From: a bacterium
GTDB lineage: Bacteria; Electryoneota; Electryoneia; Electryoneales; Electryoneaceae
Length of the DNA: 64,000 nt
Assembly (NCBI GenBank): GCA_963669175.1
Contig: OY769902.1
Span: forward strand, 2,336,001 to 2,400,000
Reading direction: 5' to 3'
A program made the translations under genes and the position numbers. Each line of letters opens with the position of its first letter. Position 1 is the first letter of the stretch. Below are positions 18,631 through 29,080 of the stretch, piece by piece. A model generated the notes under the pieces. That model was given only the letters and a program-made list of their open reading frames with translations. It did not search any database and was not told the DNA's origin.

Positions 18631-21600
18631 ATGAAACAAATGAAACCGGGGAATGCACGGAATTTCCTGACTGAACACGCGCATTCCGAAACATTACAAC
18701 AGATCAGATTGACGTTCTTCCCTTGCATAGCCTGCCTGATTCTGCACCTGCTGTTGTTGTCCGTCCCCGTGCTCGCGGAGACTATCGTCTCTGGTGAGGT
18801 TTCCGGCGTGTGGGACACGGACGGCTCCCCTTACCTCGTTACCGACACCCTGATCGTCCCGGAAGGTGAAACGCTCTCAATTCAAGCTGGGGTTCTGGTT
18901 CTGTTTCTCAACCAGTCGGATACTGTGAATTATCCGCTTTATGTTGGAGGGAGTTTATCTGCAATGGGACAGGAAGCGGATTCAATTCGTTTTCTGTCAC
19001 AAGGAGCGCCCTTTTCCGGCATTCTCCAATTACCCGGTTCCGATTCACCAGACATCACTCTTTCGCGTGTAGTGATACAAGGGGCGATTGTCGGGATTGA
19101 TGTCAGTGATGCATCTGTGACAGTAGACCACAGCAGAATTCATGGGGCGTTACAATGCCTTGAAGCGCGCGGTGAAGGTACTGTCAGCATGTCCTATTGC
19201 AGCCTGTTTCAGATTGATCCGGAAGATATCGCACTTGCGCACGTGGTCATGCAAGATGGTGGCCCGTATGAATTCCATCATAATTACGGCCCAAACGCCA
19301 AGTTTTTTGGGAATACCTCTTCAGGAATGGAAATCTATGAGAACGATATCAAATGGTGCAATATGGCTACCTCCACAGTGTGTGAAGTCTATAATAACAC
19401 TTTTCACAGGCTGGACTGTTCAGGTGATATGAATTTTATTGGCACATTTTCGGTCCATGATAACATAATCCAGGGGGATCCTGTTGATTATGGCATTTCG
19501 GCCATGGATTGTGAGATGGACATTTCAAATAACACAACTGATGCGATCTATTTCAGTCATTCAACCGGGGAAATCACGGGAAATCGAATTCTTGGAAGTG
19601 GTGACGGCACGCGTCATGGTGCAATCATGCTATCCTACAGTGATGCTATAATCCGGAAAAATCTGATTGTCTCACCTGAACACGGTATCTACGTGAATCA
19701 CCCATCCGAGCAAAATATCGTCATAATCGGAAACACCATTCATTTTGACGATGCAGGCCTTCACCTTGGCTATATGGACATCCCTGAATGTACAATCAAG
19801 GACAATATATTCCTGGGAGATGGCTTTTCCTGTACAGGAATTGAAGTAACTAACGGGAATCCTCCAGATGAGGTCAGCTTCAATTGCTTCCATGACATTG
19901 CTGTTCTTTCAGCCGGATATGACTTGAATGAAGCGGCAAACATGGTCACCAATCCCTGTTTGGGCGGCGGTGATCCCTTCGACTACCATTTGCAGGCCAA
20001 TAGCCCGTGTATAGATGCAGGTGATCCTGAAAGCCCGGACGATCCGGACGGCACCCGTGCCGATATAGGGTACTACTACTACGATCAATCCATCGACAAC
20101 CCGCCCGTCCAGACCATACCGGAAGAGATCTTCGCGCAGACCGGGCAACTGCTGCGAATCCAGATCACCGCCACAGACGACAACGGCCCATTTGAATTCA
20201 CCTTCCCGGACTTGCCGGATTGGCTCAGCGAAGAAGATGAGCTGGACTGGGTGGGCGATACAACCGCTGTATCGGGAACTGTCCCCGTAGACGCGGAAGA
20301 TTTCAGTTTTATAGTGTTTGTAGAGGATTGCGAAGGACAAAGGGATTCGTCCGTCGTTTTTGTCATCGTGGATCACAGAACCCTGCTGAGTGGCGAGATC
20401 AGCGGGATACTTCACGTCGAGGATAGCCCGTTTTATGTCATAGAAGATATCATTGTTCCCGAAGGTGATAGCCTGGTCATCGAACCGGGGTGTAAGCTGC
20501 AGTTCCGGTATGTAGAGGATGAAGAGCAAAAAGTCGGTATTTTTAGCCGCGGTGTTTTGATTGCTGAAGGCACTGAACAGGATTCTATTTCTTTTTCGAT
20601 GGCTGACAATGAGGCAACTGTTGAAGGATGGAAAGGTTTTATCCTCTTGGGTCAAAGTTCAATGACTAGCCTTTCTTTTATAGGTTTATCTTTTGCGGAC
20701 TGGGCAATTAAGGCAGATTCATCTTGCAGTATCAGTCTTGATAATTCAAAGATTGTTGCTTTCAGACTCGGACTGACTGGATGGCATGGATGCATTGTTC
20801 AAGTCAGTTCTTCACTTTTCCTCAATAGAGAACAAGACCCAGGCAGCACCGCCCTAAGTATAAGCCAATCATCATATCTGGGAATTGATTCTTGTTATTT
20901 TAAAGATTTGATAGTTCCTCCAGAATTAGCACCGATTCGTGTTAACGGATCATCTGGGATCGTATCTAATTGTGTTTTTGATGGAACAGGATGGATCAGT
21001 GTAGATCTGCAAAGTTCCGTCCAAATCCACAACAATATTTTCTACGGTTCCAATGGCTACTATGGGATAGGTGATGCCAATAATGCAACTGCTACGATTT
21101 GTAATAATCTTTTTATAGGTTCTGATAGTTTGCCAGGAAGCGGTATCATAACACGATCTCCTGCTGATACCATACGAAATAATGTTTTCTACGGACTAAA
21201 CAACGCAATACAGATAGTAGAGAATTACGATGGCGGCCCAAGTGAAACAATAATTGAAGGCAATGCATTTGTAAGTTGTGGTTCTTCCATTCTGGACGTT
21301 TCTAATGATGGATTGTTATCTATCCATTATAACGCCTTTTATGAAAACGACTCGATAGATGCAGACCTGGATATTGATGAAACAAACCTGATTGTTGATC
21401 CGCAATTCGCAGACAGCCTTTTCCATCTTTTCAACACATCCCTCTTAATTGATGCTGGGCCACCGGATCAGATATTGAACGATCAGGATAGTACAAGAAA
21501 TGACATTGGCCTTTGGGGCGGACCGTATGGAGCCAGTTATGAATATCCTACAGGAATTTATGAGGAACATGGCGAGTTCTTGCCAAATTCAACCGTGCTA

Positions 21601-21849
21601 TATGATCCTTACCCAAACCCCTTTAACTGCCAAGCTGTCATTCGATTTTCACTGAAACATAGACAAAAGGTACAGATTCGATTGTTCAATATTCTTGGTG
21701 AGGAAGTCAGAACCTGGAATTTCCCTGAGCTTGATATTGGTTTGCATAGAGTTGCAATCGATGGAAACGGGCTTTCTTCAGGAGTTTACTTTTTAAAACT
21801 AGTCACAGGAAAGGAGGTGAAGAGCGCACGGCTAGTTCTAGTTAGATAA
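18631..21849 (+). CDS. Secreted right-handed beta-helix repeat protein with two duplicated modules and T9SS-A CTD
   Basis: Two 'SGE.SG....DSP......IVPEG..L.I..G' module starts, Asn-ladder repeats, 'SPCIDAGDP....DPDGTRADIG' and 'LIDAG...DQDSTRNDIGLWGG' motifs, CTD YPNPFN...SSGVYF. Confidence 0.85.
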   Translation: MKQMKPGNARNFLTEHAHSETLQQIRLTFFPCIACLILHLLLLSVPVLAETIVSGEVSGVWDTDGSPYLVTDTLIVPEGETLSIQAGVLVLFLNQSDTVNYPLYVGGSLSAMGQEADSIRFLSQGAPFSGILQLPGSDSPDITLSRVVIQGAIVGIDVSDASVTVDHSRIHGALQCLEARGEGTVSMSYCSLFQIDPEDIALAHVVMQDGGPYEFHHNYGPNAKFFGNTSSGMEIYENDIKWCNMATSTVCEVYNNTFHRLDCSGDMNFIGTFSVHDNIIQGDPVDYGISAMDCEMDISNNTTDAIYFSHSTGEITGNRILGSGDGTRHGAIMLSYSDAIIRKNLIVSPEHGIYVNHPSEQNIVIIGNTIHFDDAGLHLGYMDIPECTIKDNIFLGDGFSCTGIEVTNGNPPDEVSFNCFHDIAVLSAGYDLNEAANMVTNPCLGGGDPFDYHLQANSPCIDAGDPESPDDPDGTRADIGYYYYDQSIDNPPVQTIPEEIFAQTGQLLRIQITATDDNGPFEFTFPDLPDWLSEEDELDWVGDTTAVSGTVPVDAEDFSFIVFVEDCEGQRDSSVVFVIVDHRTLLSGEISGILHVEDSPFYVIEDIIVPEGDSLVIEPGCKLQFRYVEDEEQKVGIFSRGVLIAEGTEQDSISFSMADNEATVEGWKGFILLGQSSMTSLSFIGLSFADWAIKADSSCSISLDNSKIVAFRLGLTGWHGCIVQVSSSLFLNREQDPGSTALSISQSSYLGIDSCYFKDLIVPPELAPIRVNGSSGIVSNCVFDGTGWISVDLQSSVQIHNNIFYGSNGYYGIGDANNATATICNNLFIGSDSLPGSGIITRSPADTIRNNVFYGLNNAIQIVENYDGGPSETIIEGNAFVSCGSSILDVSNDGLLSIHYNAFYENDSIDADLDIDETNLIVDPQFADSLFHLFNTSLLIDAGPPDQILNDQDSTRNDIGLWGGPYGASYEYPTGIYEEHGEFLPNSTVLYDPYPNPFNCQAVIRFSLKHRQKVQIRLFNILGEEVRTWNFPELDIGLHRVAIDGNGLSSGVYFLKLVTGKEVKSARLVLVR

Positions 21850-21864
21850 GTTTGGTAAAAAGAG

Positions 21865-21906
21865 AGCCGTGCGGATAGAGCGGCTAACTCACAGATCCGC
21901 ACGGCT
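21865..21906. other. Intergenic hairpin with a 12-bp stem
   Basis: agccgtgcggat...atccgcacggct, preceded by an A tract, so terminator-like on the minus strand. Confidence 0.5.
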
Positions 21907-21959
21907 ACAATCAGTCGAGACACGAGGTCTTGACCAACTTTTTAATGTAGGAGGTTGAC

Positions 21960-24900
21960 ATGGATTGGCGAAAGAGTCTTTTCGCAGTTCTGTTATCAGT
22001 GCTGAGTGTTTCCATGGGATTTGCTCTTACCATCTCTGGTGATATTGATGGCGAGGATGAAGACCTTACGACCTGGGGCGATCAGGCGGGGGAAGACCTT
22101 GTCTACATAACACCAAATGGTGCCACCGAGATTCATGTTGCAGATGGAGTCGAACTGATCATCTATCCCGGTGTCGAAGTTCGTTTTACCGGTGATTACT
22201 CTTTGATCATTGATGCTGGTGCTACCCTAACCGCTGAAGGTTCGGAAGGAAGCGAGATCCTTTTTACTGGCTCAACGCAATCGGCAGGATTTTGGAGATC
22301 TATCAAGGTCTATGGCGAAGAGGGAACACCAGCTAATGCTAGCTTCGATCATTGTATCGTCGAATATGGCGGAATAACAACAGATGACAACAATGCAAGC
22401 GGTGCGGTTGTTGCCTGGGGCTTTTCAGTTGTTTCTATTGAAAATTCAACCGTACGTTATTGTGAAGGTGGGGCGTTTGTATCCAGACACCAGCCGCATT
22501 ACAATGATATTTCTGTCGTAAATTGTACAATGTATGATTGTGACTACGGCATTTATATTGCCGATCAGTTTCCAGTAGAACCAAATCCCGATATCATTGG
22601 AAATACGATATTTGGAATCGCGCATGATGGTATTTACACAGATGGCGTTGATGAAAACGAGGAGATGGAGCCAATAATCAAGAACAACTTGATCTTCAAC
22701 TGTGGAGATAATGGTTTGAACCTGGCGTACCTGAGTGTCATCGAAAATAATACCATTGCCCACTGTGGAGAAAGTGCTATCGTCGCTTCTAATGCTTTGG
22801 GCAGCTATTCGGTCAAAAATAACCTTCTCTATGATTACACAGACTACGGACTTGATGCAGGCGTTTTAACACCGACAATTTCATATAACTGCTACTACTC
22901 TTCCGAGGGTGGAAGTGATACAACATCAGCCAGTGTTGATGCAGACTACGGAGTTCTGACTGAACCATGTCTTGCCCTGGAAAACGAGACTGCTGATACC
23001 AGCACTGATGTTTTTGACTACCATTTGCTTTGGGATTCACCTTGCCTCCATGCTGGTGAAAATCTATCAACGAACAAGAACCCTAACAATACTCGTTGTG
23101 ATATTGGAGCGTTCGGTGGTCCGGATGTTCCCATTGCGGATTACTATGTAGCGATAAAAGGCACACTGGACGACGAAACGACTTTACTTGGTACAATTGG
23201 CTCGCCGATAAGAGTAATTGATGATGTACTCGTTGAGGACGGGGATTCAGTTTATATCGGGACAACTTTAGGTAGTTTTCAATTTGAATTTCTTGAAGAT
23301 GTGACTTGGACCATAGAAGGTGAACTGGTGGTTGATGGGTACAGTTCGAGTAACAAGATCATCTTTACAGCGGTAGACCCAAGTGAACCATGGGATTGTA
23401 TCTCGTTTGAAGATAATGCTGAAGGTGATTTCGAGTACTTTGCGATTTCAGGCGCTGATTATGGCGTTTACTTCTCCGATAATGCCATCGCTGATCTTTC
23501 CCATGGGGAAATATCTGATATTACGCTGGATGGAATCGTAATTGCCACTTCTCAAGATTATAATTTCGATTATCTGACTATCGAGGATTGTGGGGCGAAT
23601 GGAATTGAAGTCACCAATGGTGATCTCACCATTGAGTATAGCGTTATCACAGTAGATCACTCCCCGTTCTACCTGTCCAGTGCAGATGCCACGATTGATA
23701 CGTGCCTTATGCGGTCTTCAGATAAATGGGGAATTTACGCAACCAATAGCGGCCCCATTATAACGCGTTCTCTTATTGATTCCTGTGGCTATAACGGTTT
23801 TTACGGCACTGCCAGTAGTGATGCTGTTTTTGGGATACAGGATGTTTCTGCATTTGGAAACCGATTGTATAATAACGGTATGGATGCGCCTGACAGTGGT
23901 GCAGCAGCGGAAGTTTACTTGTATAATAGTAGTCCGACCATCAAAAACGGTTATAATGATATCGTTGATACACGCACATCGAATCATAACAAGCTGCTAC
24001 TTTGGACGAACGATGCCAGTGGGCCTGTTAATTATGGGTACAGTTATTTCTCTGGACCTTATGGTCCGGACAGTGTTAAAGCCTGGTCTGTTCCCAGGGG
24101 ATACTTTACCTTTGAAGCGCCTGGGCCGTACCGTGGGGCGTTGACCGTGACCAACATGGATCTTGCGCTAGAGGCTGAGTTTGATGGCGAATACGAGGAT
24201 GCGGTTGACCTGTACTGGAATGCGTTCACTGAGGACGGTGAACCGGGAGCATTGAAGCGCTGGATCTGTTGCAACCGTAAGCTGGAAGCAGATCCGGCTG
24301 ACTTGTTAGATGAAGTGAATGAACTGGGCGAGTTGGAAGGTTTGGAACGGCCGCTGTTCTGGAACCGTATCCTATTGCAGAATCGCGCCGGGGAATTTGA
24401 AGAATCCATTGACATGCTGGATGATTTTGTGGATGAGGCGGCAACGGAACTTGATTCCGTGCAGGGAATGCTATCACAGCTTGAAACTTATTACCAGATG
24501 GCGTTGGCGAACGGTGGCGGCATAATGACGCAATCTGCCGGAGAATCAGTGAAACGTGACTTCCAACCCTACGGTCTTGCCCAACTCGGTACACATGCAT
24601 CGATTGTGCCGGACAACTACGCAGATTATCGCGCCAAGCGGGACGCGTTGATGGAAGCCTCATCTCGTCCTGTTCGTCTGAGCGATACCGGCTTACCGCA
24701 GGAATTTGCGCTCGAGGCAGCCTATCCGAACCCGTTCAACCCGGCGGTAACAATTCCGTTTGCCTTGCCACGTTCCGCGCGGGTGAAGATCGCCGTGTTC
24801 AACATGCTGGGACAGCGTGTGGAGACACTGGCAGATCGTCAACTGAACGCGGGTCGGCACAGTGTGACTTGGGATGGCAGCGCGTTTGCTTCGGGCGTGT

Positions 24901-24962
24901 ACTTCGTGCGGATGGAAGCGCCGGGTGCGGTACAGACCAGGCGGATTGTGCTGATGAAGTGA
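21960..24962 (+). CDS. Secreted right-handed beta-helix repeat protein with TPR-like helical region and T9SS-A CTD
   Basis: RBS AGGAGG, signal peptide, beta-helix repeats, 'DYHL..DSPCL.AG...NNTRCDIGAFGG', helical segment, CTD AYPNPFNP...ASGVYFVRM. Confidence 0.85.
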   Translation: MDWRKSLFAVLLSVLSVSMGFALTISGDIDGEDEDLTTWGDQAGEDLVYITPNGATEIHVADGVELIIYPGVEVRFTGDYSLIIDAGATLTAEGSEGSEILFTGSTQSAGFWRSIKVYGEEGTPANASFDHCIVEYGGITTDDNNASGAVVAWGFSVVSIENSTVRYCEGGAFVSRHQPHYNDISVVNCTMYDCDYGIYIADQFPVEPNPDIIGNTIFGIAHDGIYTDGVDENEEMEPIIKNNLIFNCGDNGLNLAYLSVIENNTIAHCGESAIVASNALGSYSVKNNLLYDYTDYGLDAGVLTPTISYNCYYSSEGGSDTTSASVDADYGVLTEPCLALENETADTSTDVFDYHLLWDSPCLHAGENLSTNKNPNNTRCDIGAFGGPDVPIADYYVAIKGTLDDETTLLGTIGSPIRVIDDVLVEDGDSVYIGTTLGSFQFEFLEDVTWTIEGELVVDGYSSSNKIIFTAVDPSEPWDCISFEDNAEGDFEYFAISGADYGVYFSDNAIADLSHGEISDITLDGIVIATSQDYNFDYLTIEDCGANGIEVTNGDLTIEYSVITVDHSPFYLSSADATIDTCLMRSSDKWGIYATNSGPIITRSLIDSCGYNGFYGTASSDAVFGIQDVSAFGNRLYNNGMDAPDSGAAAEVYLYNSSPTIKNGYNDIVDTRTSNHNKLLLWTNDASGPVNYGYSYFSGPYGPDSVKAWSVPRGYFTFEAPGPYRGALTVTNMDLALEAEFDGEYEDAVDLYWNAFTEDGEPGALKRWICCNRKLEADPADLLDEVNELGELEGLERPLFWNRILLQNRAGEFEESIDMLDDFVDEAATELDSVQGMLSQLETYYQMALANGGGIMTQSAGESVKRDFQPYGLAQLGTHASIVPDNYADYRAKRDALMEASSRPVRLSDTGLPQEFALEAAYPNPFNPAVTIPFALPRSARVKIAVFNMLGQRVETLADRQLNAGRHSVTWDGSAFASGVYFVRMEAPGAVQTRRIVLMK

Positions 24963-25128
24963 TCTGTTGAAACATCACTTGGCGCTGATCTAGAACTTGA
25001 TTCTACGATCTGTCTCAGTCCCGATTCGCTCGTTACTTCATCATGTGCAGGAGTATTATCACAGTATTCAAGCAACAGAAATAGCGGAAGTAATCTCACT
25101 TGCGGATCGTGCCACCTGACTTTTCAGG

Positions 25129-25162
25129 AAAACAAAACGCGCCGGGCAGAACCCGGCGCGTT
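25129..25162 (-). terminator. Intrinsic terminator after hbd
   Basis: aacgcgccggg/cccggcgcgtt stem with an A tract on the + strand (U tract on the - strand). Confidence 0.8.
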
Positions 25163-25186
25163 GAATTTCAATCACGTATTAATCAC

Positions 25187-26071
25187 TCAGAACGAGCGCG
25201 CTGCCGGGTTACGGGGATCTTCGCTGTAATCGTAGAACCCGATACCGGTTTTGTTGCCCAGGTCGCCGGCGGCAACCATCTTGCGCAGCAGGGGGCAGGG
25301 ACGATATTTGCTGTCGCCCAGGCCGTCATGCAGCACTTCCATGATCGCGAGGCAGACATCCAGCCCGATCAGGTCGGCGAGACGCAGCGGACCCATGGGA
25401 TGCGCCATACCAAGCTTCATGACACCGTCGATCTCAGCCACGCCGCCCACGCCTTCCATCAACGCATACACCGCTTCGTTGATCATCGGCATGAGGATAC
25501 GGTTGGCGACAAAGCCCGGGTAGTCATTGACCAGGATCGGAATCTTGCCCATGGCTTTGGACAGTTCATCCACGGCCTGGTAGGTCGCGTCCGAGGTCTT
25601 CAAGCCGTTGATCACTTCCACCAGTTTCATCATCGGCACGGGATTCATGAAGTGCATGCCGATCACCTTGTCGGCGCGGTTGGTGTGCGCGGCGATCTCG
25701 GTGATGGAAATGGTCGAGGTGTTCGACGCCAGGATCACATCCGGGCCGACCAGCTTGTCGAGCTGCGTGAACAGGTCGAACTTGATCTGCGGATTTTCCG
25801 TGGCGGCTTCCACCACAAATTCACGATCCTTCACGGCGTTGATATCGGTGGTGAAGGTGATGCGTCCGAGTGCGGCGTCCGCGTCTTCCTGGGTGATTTT
25901 TTCCTTCTTGACCATACGGCCCAGGTTCTTGGAAATGGTCGCCTTGGCGCGTTCAAGGAATTCTTCCTTGATGTCAATGGCGAGAACGTCCAGTCCGGTC
26001 TGCGCCGCTACCTGCGCAATGCCGTTGCCCATCGTGCCGGTGCCGATCACGGCAAACTTCGTAATAGCCAT
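25187..26071 (-). CDS. hbd: 3-hydroxybutyryl-CoA dehydrogenase
   Basis: GTGTMGNGIAQV, VVEAATE, LASNTS, GMHFMNPVP, PGFVANR, HPMGPL.LAD.IGLD. Confidence 0.95.
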   Translation of the reverse strand: MAITKFAVIGTGTMGNGIAQVAAQTGLDVLAIDIKEEFLERAKATISKNLGRMVKKEKITQEDADAALGRITFTTDINAVKDREFVVEAATENPQIKFDLFTQLDKLVGPDVILASNTSTISITEIAAHTNRADKVIGMHFMNPVPMMKLVEVINGLKTSDATYQAVDELSKAMGKIPILVNDYPGFVANRILMPMINEAVYALMEGVGGVAEIDGVMKLGMAHPMGPLRLADLIGLDVCLAIMEVLHDGLGDSKYRPCPLLRKMVAAGDLGNKTGIGFYDYSEDPRNPAARSF

Positions 26072-26097
26072 CTTAGTCCTCCCTTATACGTTTTCTT

Positions 26098-26242
26098 CTC
26101 ACAGGATAGTAGGATATTCAGGATGTCAAGGATGAAAGCTTAAAGCTACTGCAAGATTGTAGTTAGCAAACCTTTTCAATCCTTGTTTTCTCTTTATCCT
26201 TCTGATCCTATTATCCTATTATCCTATCATCCTGTGAGTCAG
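26098..26242. repeat. AGGAT/ATCCT-type MITE-like inverted element, copy 2
   Basis: Terminal IR ctcacaggat...atcctgtgag, iterated AGGAT/ATCCT arms, 23-nt end identical to 4601-4623. Confidence 0.82.
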
Positions 26243-26244
26243 GA

Positions 26245-27420
26245 TTACAGCAATTCCACCGCGAGTGCAGTCGCTTCGCCGCCGCCGTTGCACAGGCTGG
26301 CGATACCCTTCTTCTTGCCGTCCTGCTTCAGGGCGTGAATCAGGGAGACCAGGATACGCGCTCCGCTGGCGCCGATCGGGTGGCCCAGGGCAACCGCGCC
26401 GCCACGGACGTTCACATTGGAACCATCCAGGCCCAGCTCACGGTTGTTCCAGATGCTTACTACGGCAAACGCTTCGTTCAGTTCGTAGTAGTCCACATCT
26501 TCGACTGTCCAGCCAACCTTGGCGAGGCACTTCTTGACCGCGCCGGCCGGGGCGGTGGTGAACCATTCGGGAGCCTGGCTGTGAGTCGCCCAGCCCTTGA
26601 GTTCGGCGATTGGCTTCAGGCCCTTTTCCGCGGCCCAGTCGGGATCGGCTACGATCAACGCCGCGCCGCCATCATTGATGGAGCTGGCATTGGCTGCGGT
26701 CACGGTGCCGTCCTTGGCGAAAGCTGGACGCAATTTCGGCATCTTATCCGGATTGCCACGGCCCGGTTCTTCATCCGTATCGAATATGATGTCGCCCTTA
26801 CGGCTGGGGATGACTACCGGTACGATTTCTTCCTTGAACAGGCCCTTGTTGATCGAATTCAATGTCTTCGCGTAGGAAGCGATGGCGAACTCGTCCTGTT
26901 CTTCACGGGTGATGTTGTATTCCTTGGCACATAGTTCCGCGCAGGAACCCATGTGCTGATCGGAATAAGGATCCCAGAGGCCGTCCTGGACCATGAGGTC
27001 GAGGATCTTGCCGTGGCCGTAACGATAGCCCGTGCGTCCCTGTGCGAGCAGGTAAGGCGCGAGGCTCATGTTTTCCATACCGCCGGCGGCAACGACTTTA
27101 TTTTCGCCGAGCATGATGGAGCCTGCTGCTTCCATAACTGCTTTCAGGCCGGAGGAGCAAACCTTGTTGATGGTCCAGGCTGATTTCTCGTTCGGGACAC
27201 CGGCGTACTTGGCCGCCTGGCGAGCCGGAGCCTGTCCAACCCCGCCCTGGAGAACCATACCCATAATGACTTCATCGACATCTTCTGGTGTGATACCGGC
27301 TTTCGTGATCGCGTTCTTGATCGCCGCGCCGCCGAGCTGGGTCGCCGGAATCGCGGAGAGAGCACCGCCCATCGAGCCGATCGCTGTCCGTGTCGCTGAC
27401 AGGATCACTGCGTTCTTCAT
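26245..27420 (-). CDS. atoB: Acetyl-CoA C-acetyltransferase (thiolase)
   Basis: INKVCSSG (catalytic Cys), GGMENMS, NEAFA, GHPIGASGARI, SLCNGGG. Confidence 0.93.
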   Translation of the reverse strand: MKNAVILSATRTAIGSMGGALSAIPATQLGGAAIKNAITKAGITPEDVDEVIMGMVLQGGVGQAPARQAAKYAGVPNEKSAWTINKVCSSGLKAVMEAAGSIMLGENKVVAAGGMENMSLAPYLLAQGRTGYRYGHGKILDLMVQDGLWDPYSDQHMGSCAELCAKEYNITREEQDEFAIASYAKTLNSINKGLFKEEIVPVVIPSRKGDIIFDTDEEPGRGNPDKMPKLRPAFAKDGTVTAANASSINDGGAALIVADPDWAAEKGLKPIAELKGWATHSQAPEWFTTAPAGAVKKCLAKVGWTVEDVDYYELNEAFAVVSIWNNRELGLDGSNVNVRGGAVALGHPIGASGARILVSLIHALKQDGKKKGIASLCNGGGEATALAVELL

Positions 27421-27639
27421 CCTTACCTCCGTGTTTTTTGTTGTATAGAGAAAGGCATGTCGTTCTCAAAATTGAGAGACGGGGATACGAGAATACGAAA
27501 CAATCTCGAAAAAATCCAGCGTAGCGGAGCGGAAAAGGTTTATTGATCTGTGGAGGCACAACTAATCAAACTTGCAAAGAATCAACCAGAGGCTGATTCG
27601 TGATTCGAAATGAGAAGTCTTCAGGAAGAGGATGATTGC

Positions 27640-27891
27640 TTACCTGGCAGAAGTGAACCAGACAACATGGCAACGATAGACCAGTTTCTGTTTGGTGCGC
27701 TGCGTGTTGTACTCATGCATGCGTTCTGCTACAAACTTGTCACCGCAACTGCTACAGCAGGTCACCATGGTTTTGTGTTCCTGGCTGGCCAGATAGCTAT
27801 TGCGTCCGACGATGACTTTCGCGCCGGGAACAGTCCTCGGGTCGACAAACTTCTTATGGCACTGTTCACAGCGAAGATACTGCTTTTCCAA
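27640..27891 (-). CDS. Small hypothetical protein with two CxxC pairs (putative Zn finger)
   Basis: CEQC...CCSSC; TTG start with GGAG 8 nt upstream; same strand as its neighbours. Confidence 0.6.
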   Translation of the reverse strand: MEKQYLRCEQCHKKFVDPRTVPGAKVIVGRNSYLASQEHKTMVTCCSSCGDKFVAERMHEYNTQRTKQKLVYRCHVVWFTSAR

Positions 27892-28012
27892 GGCGAAACT
27901 CCGTTCTTAGTGTCTTCACATCATGCTAAAGATATACTCACTGGCAAAACTTGCAAAAGGTGCAATAGAGGCGTCCTTGCTCCATGGGAGGCCAACTCAC
28001 TGGAATCAACTT

Positions 28013-29080
28013 CTACACCTGGGAATTGATGATGCTCATCCCCGATTCTTCCAGCAGGGATACCACCATACGGTCATCCACAGCGACCTTGTTTCCTTTT
28101 TCATCCAGGATGATATGAATATCCGGTTTATGTGGAACGTCTTCGTTTTCTCTGATCACCACGCCAACCATTCCGTTGTTCAATTCGACTTTGGTGCCCA
28201 TGGGATAGCGGACCGTCATCGAATTCAGAATCTCCATCACTTCAGGATCGAGTTTATCTTTCATCTCCTTGCTGTTCAGCTTTTGCAGGATTTTATCCGC
28301 AGCCTGGGCGCCCTGGAAGGGACGGTCGCTACGCATGGCATCCCACATATCGGCAACCCGCATGATACGTGCGAAGGGATGGATGTCTTTTCCACGACGG
28401 CCGTCCGGGTAGCCGCTGCCATCCATGTATTCATGATGCTGACGTGCCATGGCCCATACGATAGGCGACGTGTTCGTGTGCCGTGCCAGCAGATGAAATC
28501 CCCATAGAGGATGTTCTTCCACAATTTCACGTTCCTCTTCAGTCAGCGGGCCTTCTTTATACAGGATTGATTTCGGTATTCGCATTTTGCCCAGGTCATG
28601 CACCATGGCCCCGGTAGCCAGTTCCTTCAGGTCCGAGTCGTCATAGAACATGCACTTGCCGATTGCGACAGAAATGGCTGCCACATTCACACAATGGTAA
28701 TAGGTGTAGTCATCCCAACTGCGAAGGTCATGGGTTTGAAGTTTGATTTTTTCATTTACCATGATTTCATCGACGATTCGTTCCGCGCTCAAGCGAACTT
28801 TTTCGAATGTCTTTTCGTTCAGGTTTTCGAAATCGTTGAAGACTTCATAAACATTCTTGACAGATTTTTCCCGAGTTTCCGGGTTAATGATTTCGCCCTT
28901 GGGAGTATGGAACTCGATGTTCGTGTCAATGGGAATAGAGCGCCAGCCCTGGCTACGCAGGTTCTTAATGTCCCTGGCCGTAAGTCGATACCCTTTGCGC
29001 ATATGGAGGCGACCATGAGCGTAAAGGTTGGATGCCAGTGTTGAACCTGCTTTCACCTGGTGAAGGGGGACGGTTTGCAT
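28013..29080 (-). CDS. HD-GYP domain c-di-GMP phosphodiesterase
   Basis: YTYYHCVNV, HDLGK, HHEYMDGSGYPDG, VADMWDAM..DRP, C-terminal YPMGTKVEL..G. Start ATG 29080 or TTG 29110. Confidence 0.92.
   Translation of the reverse strand: MQTVPLHQVKAGSTLASNLYAHGRLHMRKGYRLTARDIKNLRSQGWRSIPIDTNIEFHTPKGEIINPETREKSVKNVYEVFNDFENLNEKTFEKVRLSAERIVDEIMVNEKIKLQTHDLRSWDDYTYYHCVNVAAISVAIGKCMFYDDSDLKELATGAMVHDLGKMRIPKSILYKEGPLTEEEREIVEEHPLWGFHLLARHTNTSPIVWAMARQHHEYMDGSGYPDGRRGKDIHPFARIMRVADMWDAMRSDRPFQGAQAADKILQKLNSKEMKDKLDPEVMEILNSMTVRYPMGTKVELNNGMVGVVIRENEDVPHKPDIHIILDEKGNKVAVDDRMVVSLLEESGMSIINSQV

Noticed and set aside
25100-26143. 347-aa + strand ORF
   Set aside because: Antisense shadow of hbd, a typical codon-bias artefact.
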